A stretch of DNA of 64,000 nt from Podarcis pityusensis (taxonomy: Eukaryota): the NCBI GenBank assembly GCA_964106645.2, contig OZ067038.1; one strand, 5' to 3'. The notes beneath the pieces are model-generated. The model was not told where the DNA came from. It saw only the letters and a list, made by a program, of their open reading frames with translations, and ran no database searches. Made by a program: the position numbers and the translations under genes. Shown here piece by piece: positions 1 to 11,426 of this stretch (its first letter is position 1; every line of letters starts with the position of its first letter).

Positions 1-87
1 AGGGGGATGCATACCCCTAAGCATTTTGTGAATCTAAATTTGGCCTCACTGAGGGGCAGTATTTCAATATGGATAGGCATAAGAGCA

Positions 88-318
88 AATGAGAGGTGTA
101 ATGGATAGAGTCCCAAAAAACAGCTAGGGAGCCCTTTCTTCTTCAGACCCCACTCAGCAGTGAAGCTGAGTCAATCACCATTTCTCAACATAACCTGTCC
201 TAATAATCTCACAAGGTTACTGTGAAGACAGCATGGCTGGAGGAAAGTACAATGTGTACTATCTGCCCTGACCTACATGGAGGAAAAGCAGGATAGAAAT
301 GCAATCCATAAATTAAAC
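88..318 (+). mobile_element. Old degenerate tRNA-derived SINE (Squam3/MIR-like)
   Basis: Box-A-like GGTGTAATGGATAGAG head, CTCACAAGGTTACTGTGAAGA core-like segment, A-rich tail. Confidence 0.4.
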
Positions 319-627
319 ACTCAGACCAATTCAGACTGGAAGGGAGCATGTTCTTCCTTTGCTCCAGTCTAGCTAAGGAAAACTAATACTAATAGAAATT
401 ATATGAAATCTCAGAATGAAGTGTGTAATATCTCTGAGATCCAGAACAAGACCCTGGGCCCTGAAGGTAACTGGGTAAGCCACCATCATTAGGTGTCTAG
501 TGGCTCAGCCTGTGCATTTGGCTCACCACAAACTCACCCAGAGTAAACTGCTGCCACCACCCACAGAGCATCAGGGCTCTCCTTAAATATGTGTCACCAT
601 GCAGATAAAGACCAAAATATGGGGTGA

Positions 628-816
628 CAGAGGTGCCAACTTGAATAAATATCGTGGGGGCCCAGCTAAGCCCCGTCCTGTATAATCGATCACATGATGC
701 AATGCGTGCAAACTATTTGAATGGGAATGCCCACCAACTTTGTGGGGGCCCAGTCCCCTCAAATATTTTATTGTGGGGGCCAAAGCCCCTACAATCCCTA
801 GGAGTTGGCTCCTATG
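628..816. mobile_element. Non-autonomous hAT MITE
   Basis: TIRs CAGAGGTGCCAACT / AGTTGGCTCCTATG (12/14); perfect 8-bp TSD TGGGGTGA (620-627, 817-824). Confidence 0.85.
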
Positions 817-3285
817 TGGGGTGAGATTTATTTCCCTGGACTCCAAGCATACACATCACGGATTCAAACCAGCTATTGAATTTGTTTGGGACATGTAACC
901 AGGAAATGTAATCATTTAATAAAATATAGGAAACATATATCCAATGTGGATCAGAACTGTTTCGTTTCCTGTGCGCAGGAAACAGATAGACAGGACTTCC
1001 CCATATTTAACAATGTGATTCTTTTACCTTCGCTCTAAATTGCTACAAGAACAGTTGTATTGCATGATCTGCAGTTTGTACAGAGCCAGACAGAGAAGAA
1101 TGTTTACAGAAAAGAATGTTTGGGGCATTGAGAGAAAAAGCACAGTGGTATTGTCAGCTGTCATATGTCGTATGCCTCCTGTCTGAAGAAAGCAAGAAAC
1201 AGAGGTGTATGCAGTGATCCTGCCTGTACGAAATGAATGGATAATCCGCAGGCTTCTTCTCCAACTTGCTATCCTCCAGATCTATTCGTTTAGTCGATGG
1301 CCACTAGCCATGCTGGCTGGGGCTGATAGGCGTTGTGGTCTAAAAACATCTGGAACTGATAAGAGTTACAGTAAATTGCATATATATAGGCAGCAGTTGA
1401 TGTCATGGTGGGTCTGTGCTGCTCACCTGACCTCCCTCCAGCTGAGTCACTACAGTGTACCGGGATGGAAAGGGCAGGGTTGCAGAGCCATCATTCAGGG
1501 TGTGTTTGCACCATGTCAGCTTTGCTGCTGCTGAGCTCCTCCCCCTCTCAATCCTGGTATGCTGCACTCAGGCAGACAGAGGTCAGGTCAATGGCACGGA
1601 CCCACCATGCCATCTGCTGCTGCATATAGGAGCTTCATTTTTTTTTCCCCTACAGGGAAATGCTTTCGATGTAGGAAATACAGATGGCATCAATCGCCCT
1701 CGGTCTGTGAACTGCAGGAAATCTAACCATTTCTCTGAAGCAGTCAACTTTTGGAGAGGTTTTCATCTTCCCACTTGCAAGGATTTATGGCAGCGTTACA
1801 CACAGTAATAAAGACATGTAGTCATTATTAGAAGCCTGTGTTAGATAATCTGGTTGCTTAGGTTACTGGGCAGTTTAGCCTGCCAAAAATGATTCATGAA
1901 TTGATATAGCAGCCACAAAAAGTGGAATTTAGATAATTTTAGTAAAAAACAAACAAAAAAACCCCTCATTAAAGAAAGGTCCAAAAGACTTTAGAATTAG
2001 CCTAGCAACCATCTTCTTCTTATTCTTTTTGCACAATGGCAACTTTCATTTGAAGATATCAGAATGAAAATTATCAGGTTTCCATTATCACTTTTAACAA
2101 GAATAAGATTATCTCCCTTGTTTTTTTTTGCCTTTAGAGAGAAGCTAGGAAAGGGAAACGTTTTAATGGCTTGGGTGTTACAGATTTTGCTGTATTTGGT
2201 GGGAGTGTGGTGATACTTTGCATAGGTGGCTGGGTCTGATAGCTGACAACTTACCCTATTGACTGGCTCTGGGCTCTGGGCTCTGGGCACAAGGAAATCA
2301 GTTATATCATGGTTGTCAGGGCTATGACAAGACAAAATGAGTGAACCTAAGACAGTTCACTACACCTGCACAGGAGGACAAAATTGTAATTGCACTTACC
2401 CAAGTTACTGGTTCCCAAATAGCATTTTGTTTGTCAGCCGTAACTCTTTCCATCTTTATACATGGGATCATGCTCAACATGTGTGTTGTGCAGCCCAGAA
2501 GAAGATGATTGTAAAACAGATTAATGTTATTTTCCTTTTGCCACCAAATAATGCTGGCTAGTTAGAAATGGTCTGGCACATTTCAGCTTTGAAAAGGTGC
2601 ACAGATATATTAAAAGAGAGAGAGAGAGAGAAATAAACACTGCCCTTACTAAAATAGTTCTACCATATGCCAACAAAGCTAACTAGCCAGCAGGCACTCT
2701 GAAAGCTTTGCTCATAAGAAACCTTGATTGTAATGCTTTTTGTCCATTAGTCATTTGGCGTGGATGCTTTAATCAGAAATATGCCATTCTGTTCATCACT
2801 TTATATGCAATATGACCACTTTTCTTTAGCTATTTCCTGTGCATTTCCTGGAGGATAATTGTGTCATAGCAATGTGGTTTAGGGTGCATGCATGTATCAT
2901 ATCTATCGAGACACTCTTGATGACTTTGCTGTCAACTGGAATTCCATCTTGGTTGGATGGTTGCGGTGCTACAAATCCAAAATCCATGTAGCAGTTGCTG
3001 CTTTGACAGAACAACTGAACAACAAGCAAAATGTACCCCAAACACCAGCCAGGTACATGTTTGTTTTTCACAAATTGGATGTCCACACCACAAAGAGAGA
3101 CAGCGAAGAGAATAGATTGTGGGGTCATTTCAGGTCTATGTGATTGAAAGGGTAACAATAACAACAAAATCATTGTGTGAGAAAGATTCAAGGCAGCTTT
3201 GGGAGACCTGCTTTGGAATACATCCAAAATTAATATAAAAAGATTCCAATTTCTACATAGGACAAGCAAGTCAGTCTCCCTACAC

Positions 3286-3420
3286 CAGGCTTCCTCAAAC
3301 TCGGCCCTCCAGATGTTTTTGGCCTACAACTTCCATGATCCCTAGCCAGCAGGACCAGTGGTCAGGGATGATGAGAACTGTAGCCTCAAAACATCTGGGG
3401 GCCTAGTTTGAGGAAGCCTG
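3286..3420. mobile_element. Short palindromic hAT MITE
   Basis: TIR CAGGCTTCCTCAAACT...AGTTTGAGGAAGCCTG; TSD CCCTACAC/CTCTACAC. Confidence 0.85.
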
Positions 3421-4495
3421 CTCTACACAAAAGAATAATTCTGACATCAAAAATGTCCCGATGGCTGAATCACTGCTGCTTATTGGTTTCATGGTACTGA
3501 TCTCCCTGCCTCTGCCTCTCCCTTTAAGCAGCAGCAACTCAGCTGTTGGGAGGTCAGGTGAGCACCACTGACCCAACACACTGGCCACTAATGGCCACTG
3601 TGCTGCTTTCACATGCATTTAAATTTTCAATGAATTGTCACAGACTGAACTTTTCATATTTTGTTACCATTTAATCTCTGCTACCATTTTCCTCGTCTAC
3701 CTAGCAACTGGGGATCAGACGTCATGAGGTTACAGTTTTATAGCAGATATATCAGTGTTGCTTAGGAATAGTTGTGCATGATGTGTGTGATGAAACCTCA
3801 AAATCCTTCTCTAAATGTGGGCCTCTGGTTTCTTTATTCGATCTTTTGTGATGCTACTTCTGTAAAATATTTTCTGGACAGAAAGTTGATATATAAAGCT
3901 TAAAAAAATTAATTACTTTTGACACAGAACATCTCTTTTCAGAATAAAAAATGGCACCTTTTAATATCCTGCAATGTTAGCTTTCTCAATCTGTCATGCT
4001 TCTCCCGACCTGCCAGAAAACCTGCTAATTGTGTCCATAAAACCTTTATTTATCTAACTTAATATGTATTGTCCTAAAGCAGCAGCAGAGAGGAACAATA
4101 AAAAGAATGTTGGATTGAATTTGCAAATAATGATACTTTTGATACTGAGCACAAAAGCTATGTTCTAAATCTAAATCTCTGTTTTCCAATGGAATATTGG
4201 ACTCTAATCAATTAAGCAGTCAAATATTGTCCCCTGAAGAGTCAATTGATTGCCTGTTATTTGACCACAGTCAAATAATATTTCATGAAGGCAGGGAATG
4301 CCTTTGTAGACAGCCTGTTGTTATTTTTTTATTGCAGTTATATTTTTATTGCAGCATCTCACTATCAATTCCCCAAATTAGCCTATTAATAATAGACCTC
4401 CTTTCTTTGTTTTATTTTGGAAAACCTCATTTCTGTTTGGTTTCTGCTGTGATCGTTTGTTTCTTTTCTCTCTGTACGTTAATAATATATAGAAC

Positions 4496-4830
4496 GGGAC
4501 ATAGTGGTCTAAACCACTAAGCCTCTTGGGCTTCCCGATCGTAAGGTCAGTGGTTTGAAATGTATGACAGGGTGAGCTCCCGTTGCTCTGTCCCAGCTTC
4601 TGCCAACCTAGCAATTCAAAAGCATACCAGTGCAAGTAGATGAATAGGGGAAGGTAAATGGCATTTCTGTGCGCTCTGGCCTTAGTCATGGTGTTGCTGC
4701 AGAAGCAGTTTAGTCTTGCTGGCCACATGATCCAGAAAACTGTCTGTGGACAAATGCCGGCTCCCTGGCCAGAAAATGGAAATGAGCACCACACCCCATT
4801 TTCAAATTTGAAAGAACTTAACCATCCATC
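4496..4830 (+). mobile_element. Old diverged Sauria SINE, interrupted near its 3' end by a hAT element
   Basis: Similar to the copies at 27497 and 59547 (GGTGAGCTCCCGTTGCTCTGTCCCAGC...CCAACCTAGCA...GGCCACATGA). Confidence 0.75.
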
Positions 4831-5866
4831 CAGGGCTGTTTTTACCCAGGGGTGCAAGGGGTGTGGGGCACCCAGGCACCAAATTCTGGGGGGCTCCAGG
4901 CACCCACCGCTGAAGCCGCCTAAGCTCATAACCTGTTATGAAATAATAAATAATTTTGATCAAGCTAGAAAAACAAAATACATATATACCTAGGTATTAC
5001 CAAAATGTATGCCTACTGTTTCACTAAAAGACATTCGATTTTGTGCGCTTATTTACCAAAAATGCGCTGTGCCAGCGGCAGTGCTTATCATTCACAATGG
5101 CACATTTTAATTTCATCGCTTACAGTTCAAATTCTTTTACAGAAATACTTAAGTATAAGTGTATTGTAAATCATAGAATCATAGAGTTGGAAGAGACCAC
5201 AAGGGCCATCGAGTCCAACCCCCTGCCAAGCAGGAAACACCATCAGAGCACTCCTGACATATGGTTGTCAAGCCTCTGCTTAAAGACCTCCAAAGAAGGA
5301 GACTCCACCACACTCCCTGGCAGCAAATTCCACTGTCGAACAGCTCTTACTGTCAGGAAGTTCTTCCTAATGTTTAGGTGGAATCTTCTTTCTTGTAGTT
5401 TGGATCCATTGCTCTGTGTCCGCTTCTCTGGAGCAGCAGAAAACAACCTTTCTCCCTCCTCCATGTGACATCCTTTTATATATTTGAACATGGCTATCAT
5501 ATCACCCCTTAACCTCCTCTTCTCCAGGCTAAACATGCCCAGCTCTCTTAGCCGTTCCTCATAAGGCATCGTTTCCAGGCCTTTGACCATTTTGGTTGCC
5601 CTCCTCTGGACACGTTCCAGTTTGTCAGTGTCCTTCTTGAACTGTGGTGCCCAGAACTGGACACAGTACTCCAGGTGAGGTATAAATAAGCAAATAAAAA
5701 AAAAAGTTTCATTTTCCTCCCTTCTTTCATAAACAAGAGATTAGGCGTAAGTGTGGTGTCTGACATAAGCATAATAAAAGTTAATTTGGGGGCTAAACTA
5801 AATTTGGAAGCGCTGGGCGGATCTTTACACCCTGGCGCAAAGATCTAAATGCTAAAGACAGCCCTG
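4831..5866. mobile_element. Non-autonomous hAT element containing a nested CR1 fragment
   Basis: TIRs CAGGGCTGTTTTTA / TAAAGACAGCCCTG (13/14); perfect 8-bp TSD CATCCATC (4823-30, 5867-74). Confidence 0.88.
5170..5681 (-). mobile_element. 5'-truncated CR1 LINE, ORF2 C-terminus plus 3' UTR and (ATTCTATG)n tail
   Basis: ORF 5243..5590 (YEERLRELGMFSLEKRRLRGDMI...WNLLP...FKQRLD) is the CR1 ORF2 C-terminus; open frame suggests a young copy. Confidence 0.95.
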
Positions 5867-6914
5867 CATCCATCCAGAGGAATATATAGAACATTTAAAT
5901 ATTGTTAAGTCTACAAATGACAATTAAGAGAAACAGAGAATAGTTGGTGTAATTCCTACCTGTAAAAGTTCTCATTCCTTTTACTTGGCCTTGGCAGTTT
6001 TTATTTGAAAAGCAAGGTTTGGAATTTCCACCCCCTTTTGAGTAATAGAACCGTAAGCCAAACTATATTATATTTCCTGACCATCATTTTTCACAAGTAT
6101 CCATTGCATCAGCATTTATCTCATGCTAAACCAGCTCTTTTTGCACTAGGAGCCCTGAAAAGGTTGGCACCAATCTGCAGAGGAGGACACACACATTATG
6201 CTCTCAAGCTTCGAAATCTTTATTTTATTTTTTTAGCTCTTCTCCAAGTTCTTCTGTATTGACCCTTGACTCCGGTGTCACTTAAAATGGCTATTGAAAC
6301 AGTGATGGATATTATACAGACTCTGTAAAATCCCTTGCAATTACTGCAAAAATTGTCCAGAGGGATAGGCTAGGCTAGGTTAGGATATAACTACAGAAAA
6401 CACAGCTATGGCCGGGGGTTGTGGGCCAAGAGAAATGTTAAGGTGGACATAAAGGTATTTTCATTCCTCCAAACTTTGTCGCTCATACATTTGTTGCCCG
6501 AGCTCAAAATGAAATAATTGGATCGAAAGGTCAGGTCATACAAACGGCTTCTCACATTGCTTTTGGGGATACTGAAATCAGTCACTAGTCTGGAATCTGG
6601 CGTCTTTATACGGCCCTTGGTTCCAAAGCAGCAAAAGAACTATCAAGACCCTACCCTACCCTAGTTCCTGGCTTTGTAAAAGGAAATGCCAGCAAATACT
6701 TAAAATTTATCAGTGGCTGCTCCAGATTTTGAGGCCCGTTACAAGAGAAATGGTATAATTTCTGTACCAGTAATGCAGATTTCTTTTCTCCACATTATTC
6801 ATCTTTTAAAACCATTCTGAAACAAAGGGTAACAGGTGGCTGGAGAGGTTCATTTTTTTCATCTGACTAGTAGCTCATTAGCAAACAAAATAGGCTTTCT
6901 GTTCCCACCACTAT

Positions 6915-7051
6915 GCTGAGATAGCTCTGTTAGTAGAGCATAAGACTCTTAATCGCAGGGTCATGAATCTCTGGATCACGAGTTTGAGCCCCACGTTGGG
7001 CAAAAGATTCCTGCATTGTGGGGGGTTGGACTAGATTACTCTTGTGGTTCC
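6915..7051 (+). mobile_element. tRNA-Lys(CTT)-derived SINE with CR1-derived tail
   Basis: TAGCTC..GTAGAGCATAAGACTCTTAATC..GAGCCCCACGTTGGGC resembles tRNA-Lys; followed by TTCCTGCATTG..GGTTGGACTAGAT CR1-type tail. Confidence 0.8.
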
Positions 7052-8687
7052 AAAAGTGGCATTTTATTCCTTTCCTTCACAGTTTTTATTTAATTCTCTA
7101 TTGGCTTATTTTCTGCTTGACTATAAGTGAGTGACATTCATTCCTGTACAGCATTTTGCTATGCACTGTGCAATGTGGATCATGAAAGGAGCAAGCCAGA
7201 AAAAGGGACTGAGTATTTTGACTCCCACATTATGGGAAATTATAGCTAGGATGATCGAAAGTGATGCATGGATATTCCACATATACAACTACAAACAGAT
7301 GCTATGCTCCCACGTATATTTTCCCTGTAGCATTTAATCTCACCTAATTTAGTATAGTGTTTTTTTTAAAAAAGAGGCAACATTCACCATTCTCTTCAGA
7401 GAGTTCTTTCACAGCCCAACCCAGTTCACAGTATGAACATTGCCTCAACTGTCAACAGCTATGTTTTCCATCTGTTAATTATTTACTCTTATTTTTGGCG
7501 CTGCACTTTCCACTACGCTATAATTAATTCTCTTGTTTCTTGCTTGCTTCTCATAAATATTGGCCCCTTTGGAATTTTCATTATAAATATAAGCGGTGAA
7601 CTGAATCAAATGTGCAGGCTCTCACACAACTGTATGACCTCAAAATGCCTACAGGAGACTTCTATAGAATCTAACCTCATGTTTCCTCTCCTGGACACAT
7701 ACGGTCTCCCAGGGCCAGCAAAATGCCTACATGGACCACTGTCAAAAAAGGGGTTGTGAATATGTAGTGTGGGGTTATATCATCCAGTGAGAGGGTTGCA
7801 TCCGTTAGCTAGTGAATCCAGACCAGTTCTCTGCATGCAACTGCCTCACCACCACATGGGACAGATTTAAGTATTATGTAGCACCACAATAAACAGGGAT
7901 GAGTATTGCTAGCATGCTGGTCTAACCATGTGGGAGGGAATTGCCTGCATTGCTAAGATTTACCATGAGACAGCAGCATCTATGCTACTCCAAATAATGT
8001 GTGAAGTGCCTGATCAATAGCTGGAGACTATCCTCTTCCCTCTCAGCAGCGACCTTAAATGAAGTCAAGTTTAAGAGGGGGATGTTATACAACCTTTTAG
8101 CACTATAACTTTGGAGCAGCAGCTTTTTCAAAATACGAAGCTCTCAGCCATGTGAAATGAAACATGAATTTTCACACATCAGTATTCTAATATAAAAGCT
8201 TCAATGCAAATGACTGCCCTGAAGAGCCTTCCATGGATTTGGGGCATTTTCTTAAGGATTTAACTTTCATTAGAGAACTATCTTGGAAACTTGAGATAGA
8301 TATAATCCTGGTCTCATGATTCACAATCCTCCCAGTGACATCCTATCCATTTTTGGAGGCTGACACTTATACAGATAAGAAGTGCGTTGCTAATCAGCAT
8401 GAGTCTGCAATAATGTATAAATAAAATGGAACTGGCATAATGAAATTTCAAACCCCTAGGAGAAGGAAAATGGATATAGCTTCTTTTTAAACATTCTTTG
8501 CCTAGAACAGCATAGGATTTGCTTATACGAAATGTAAGAAATTAAAGTGGGAATCCTGTTTAGAGCTATCATAAGAGCTATTAACTCAAATCTTAGCATT
8601 TGGTGGTACCTGACTTTTTGAATTTGCTTGAATGGTATTGGTAAGCAAATGCAAAGTAACCAAAGAAGTCAGAATTCAGCAGAGCCT

Positions 8688-9492
8688 GCAAATGTGGCAC
8701 AGACACACTAGAAAGATGTTATAGCCACTAAAGTATATATCCAAAATAGACTGCCAACCAAGGGAACCACAGGTATAACTTTCGAACTTTGGCATGGAAG
8801 AGTACCAACGTCACACACAATACATGTGTTTAGCAGTACAGTGGTACCTCGGGTTACATACGCTTCAGGTTACAGACTCCACTAACCCAGAAATATTACC
8901 TCAGGTTAAGAACTTTGCTTCAGGGTGAGAACAGAAATCGTGCTGGCGGCGCGGCAGCAGCGGGAGGCCCCATTAGCTAAAGTGGTGCTTCAGTTTAAGA
9001 ACAGTTTCAGGTTAAGAACAGACTTCCAGAACGAATTAAGTTCTTAACCCGAGGTACCACTGTACTGCCTATGCCTATGTACCCAAGGAGAGTAGGCACA
9101 AGTTAGATTCCAGAGCAAAAGACTAGTATGATTGACTATGCTCCAGGGAGTAAAGGATACAGAGTAATGGACTTGAATACTAGGAAAGTCAGAACAAGAC
9201 ATGTGGTTCATTTTGATGAACACATTAAAACTGATATGAGAGGAACAGTGGTAAACTTTTTTGATCAGTCAGAGGAAGAAACACAAACCAACATTGACTT
9301 TCTTGAATTGATGTATGACAGTCCAGATCTGCCTTCTACTGCCACACCACCTAGCACAGATGCTGAACAGGAAAGAGAAGCAGAGAAGCAGATTGCAAGA
9401 AGCAGCACAGTCAGAGGAGAGGAGGCTGATGATGAGATGCCTGTGTTAGATGGTGCATCGACACAGAGGAAAACAGGGCTCTCCAAAGAACA
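8688..9492 (+). mobile_element. Degenerate Ty1/Copia retrotransposon remnant (integrase C-terminal region), split by a MITE
   Basis: With the MITE removed it reads YIQNRLPTKGTTGITFELWHGRVPTSHTIHVFSSTAYAYVPKESRHKLDSRAK, then (frameshift) DYAPGSKGYRVMDLNTRKVRTRHVVHFDE, which are Copia-type post-integrase motifs. Confidence 0.8.
8839..9062. mobile_element. Tc1/mariner (pogo/Tigger-like) MITE
   Basis: TIR CAGTGGTACCTCGGGTTA...TAACCCGAGGTACCACTG; TA TSD. Confidence 0.92.
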
Positions 9493-10796
9493 GAATTAGA
9501 ATTTTAATCAATGCTTACTGGTATAGTTAGTCCTTAACAGAAGCCAGAAGGCATAGTATCTATCTAAGTTTCCCCCCCTTCACTTTCTTTGACACTTTCT
9601 ACAGCAGTCAATCTTGTTTTGTCCATGACAACATTAATAATATGTAAGGAAGCACCAATCATTAAGTTATGTGGAGTGAGAGAAACATAGAACAGGATTG
9701 TTATTGTCATAATAATGATGACCCCCTTTGGAATGCTTGGAGAAATGGATCTTATAGTAACCTATGCAAACTTTTGACAATGTCGTTGCCACAATGGATA
9801 CCTAGTATACACAACAAATGACGTGATTTACCTATTTATAGCTTTGTGGCACCCAACTGTCTTTGCTGAGTCCATGAGGGCCTAGGCATATGACAAGTTT
9901 TACAATCCAGTTTCATAAATTTTGTTTATTTCAATGGATTTAATTCCTCCTGAGTAACAGAGAGTAAATCACCAGAAACCCTTGTTTCAGTCTGTAACTG
10001 ACTGATTTGTGGATTGCATTTTTTTAAAAAAATTTCATTTTACAATTTGCTGATGCCCAGAGTTTTAGCATTCTTTCTCCATGCAACTTTTGTGGCTGTA
10101 GCAATTATTAATATGTTATTAAATTTCTTCTCCAGTAGCTGAGGAGGCATTAATTTTTAAAATGGGCATTTTCATGAAGGTGATTTGAAGGTTCCATCCA
10201 TGCCATTCAGACATGACAGTGCCTCATTAATACCAATCTATCTGCCTAATGTTGTTTCAGTAAACAGGACTCTGAGGTTCTCTGTTTTTATTGTTTTCTG
10301 CTGTCATTTTGTTTTCTTTTTCCCACTCAAGTCACATCATTATTTGGAATGCACAAATTCGTTAACAGTACTTTCCTTTCAGGGAGAGATGAAGCCCCAA
10401 ACGATATATGAATGACTTTCTTTAGGACTTCAAAGGTTATCTTTGGAAAAGTCATTTTCTAGTAGTCAAGCTCCAGTAGTGGGAAATCTCCAACCCAGGG
10501 ACCATATTAGGCCTGGCAAGGGTTCTACATTGGCCCATGAGGCTGTTTATGAGGTAGGAAAAGATGCAGGGCATTCTGATTTGCTACTAATTTGGATAAT
10601 TCTTCCCTTATTTTGGTAGCCAGAACCAAAATCTTGTAGTAGACTTTCCAATGAGAGGGGATATCATTGGCAACCCTGAGTAGCAGCAGAGAAGCAATAT
10701 TGTTAGATAACCTACAGAGCTCACCACCAGTTCATTAGATAGAAATGAGCTGGCATAAGTTGGATGTAAGGTAGTCACTTAACTTTTAATAACAAT

Positions 10797-10852
10797 AACA
10801 ACAACAACAACAACAACAACAACAACTTGTTGTTGTTGTTGTTGTTGTTGTT
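10797..10852. repeat. Inverted microsatellite (AAC)n-(GTT)n
   Basis: About 10 AAC units immediately followed by about 8 GTT units. Confidence 0.9.
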
Positions 10853-11034
10853 TCTATCCTGCCTACCTGCTTGGGTTTCCCCAGCCACTCTGATTCCTTA
10901 GCTTGTGTCTTTGCAATACATTTGAAATACATTTGCAAGAAGACACCGTGGGCAACCATTTATGTGCTTTATGAAAATCTAGAGAAATAGCCCCTGGCAT
11001 GTCACAAGGGAGTGACAAAGCTTGTTTCTTAGAG

Positions 11035-11426
11035 CAGGGGTCGGCAAGCTAAGGCCCATGGGCCAGAAGCAGCCCACAGAGGCCATTTAACTGGCCCTCG
11101 AGCCACCCCTGAACCGAGCTGCCCGCTTGGAGAGTCCCTGAACACTGCACTAAACCAGCACAGTGCGGCATGGGGCTCTCTTCCACGGCTCCGGAAATTG
11201 CTTCTGCGCATGCCCAGACACCGGAAATTGCATCTGTGCATGCCCAGACACCAGAAATTGCTTCTGTGCAGGTGCGATTTTCGGCGTCTGGGCATGCGCA
11301 GAAGCAATTTCTGGTACCGTGGACATGCGCGCACACAATTGCCAGTGTCGCGCTGCGCCAGTCCAGCCATGGAGGATCTCCATGGAAGTGATCCAGCCCA
11401 TGCCTGGTAAGCCTTGCCGACCCCTG
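11035..11426. mobile_element. hAT MITE with internal ~30-bp direct and inverted repeats
   Basis: TIR CAGGGGTCGGCAAG...CTTGCCGACCCCTG; TSD TCTTAGAG/CCTTAGAG; internal CCGGAAATTGCTTCTGCGCATGCCCAGACA units. Confidence 0.9.

Noticed and set aside
4378-4993. 183-aa and 111-aa ORFs
   Set aside because: Span a SINE/hAT junction; no recognisable domain
5243-5590. 115-aa ORF as a host gene
   Set aside because: C-terminus of CR1 ORF2 in a truncated copy
6915-7001. tRNA-Lys gene
   Set aside because: Mutated, contains an insertion and is fused to a CR1 tail, so it is a SINE head
9128-9499. 123-aa ORF as a host gene
   Set aside because: Part of a frameshifted Copia polyprotein remnant
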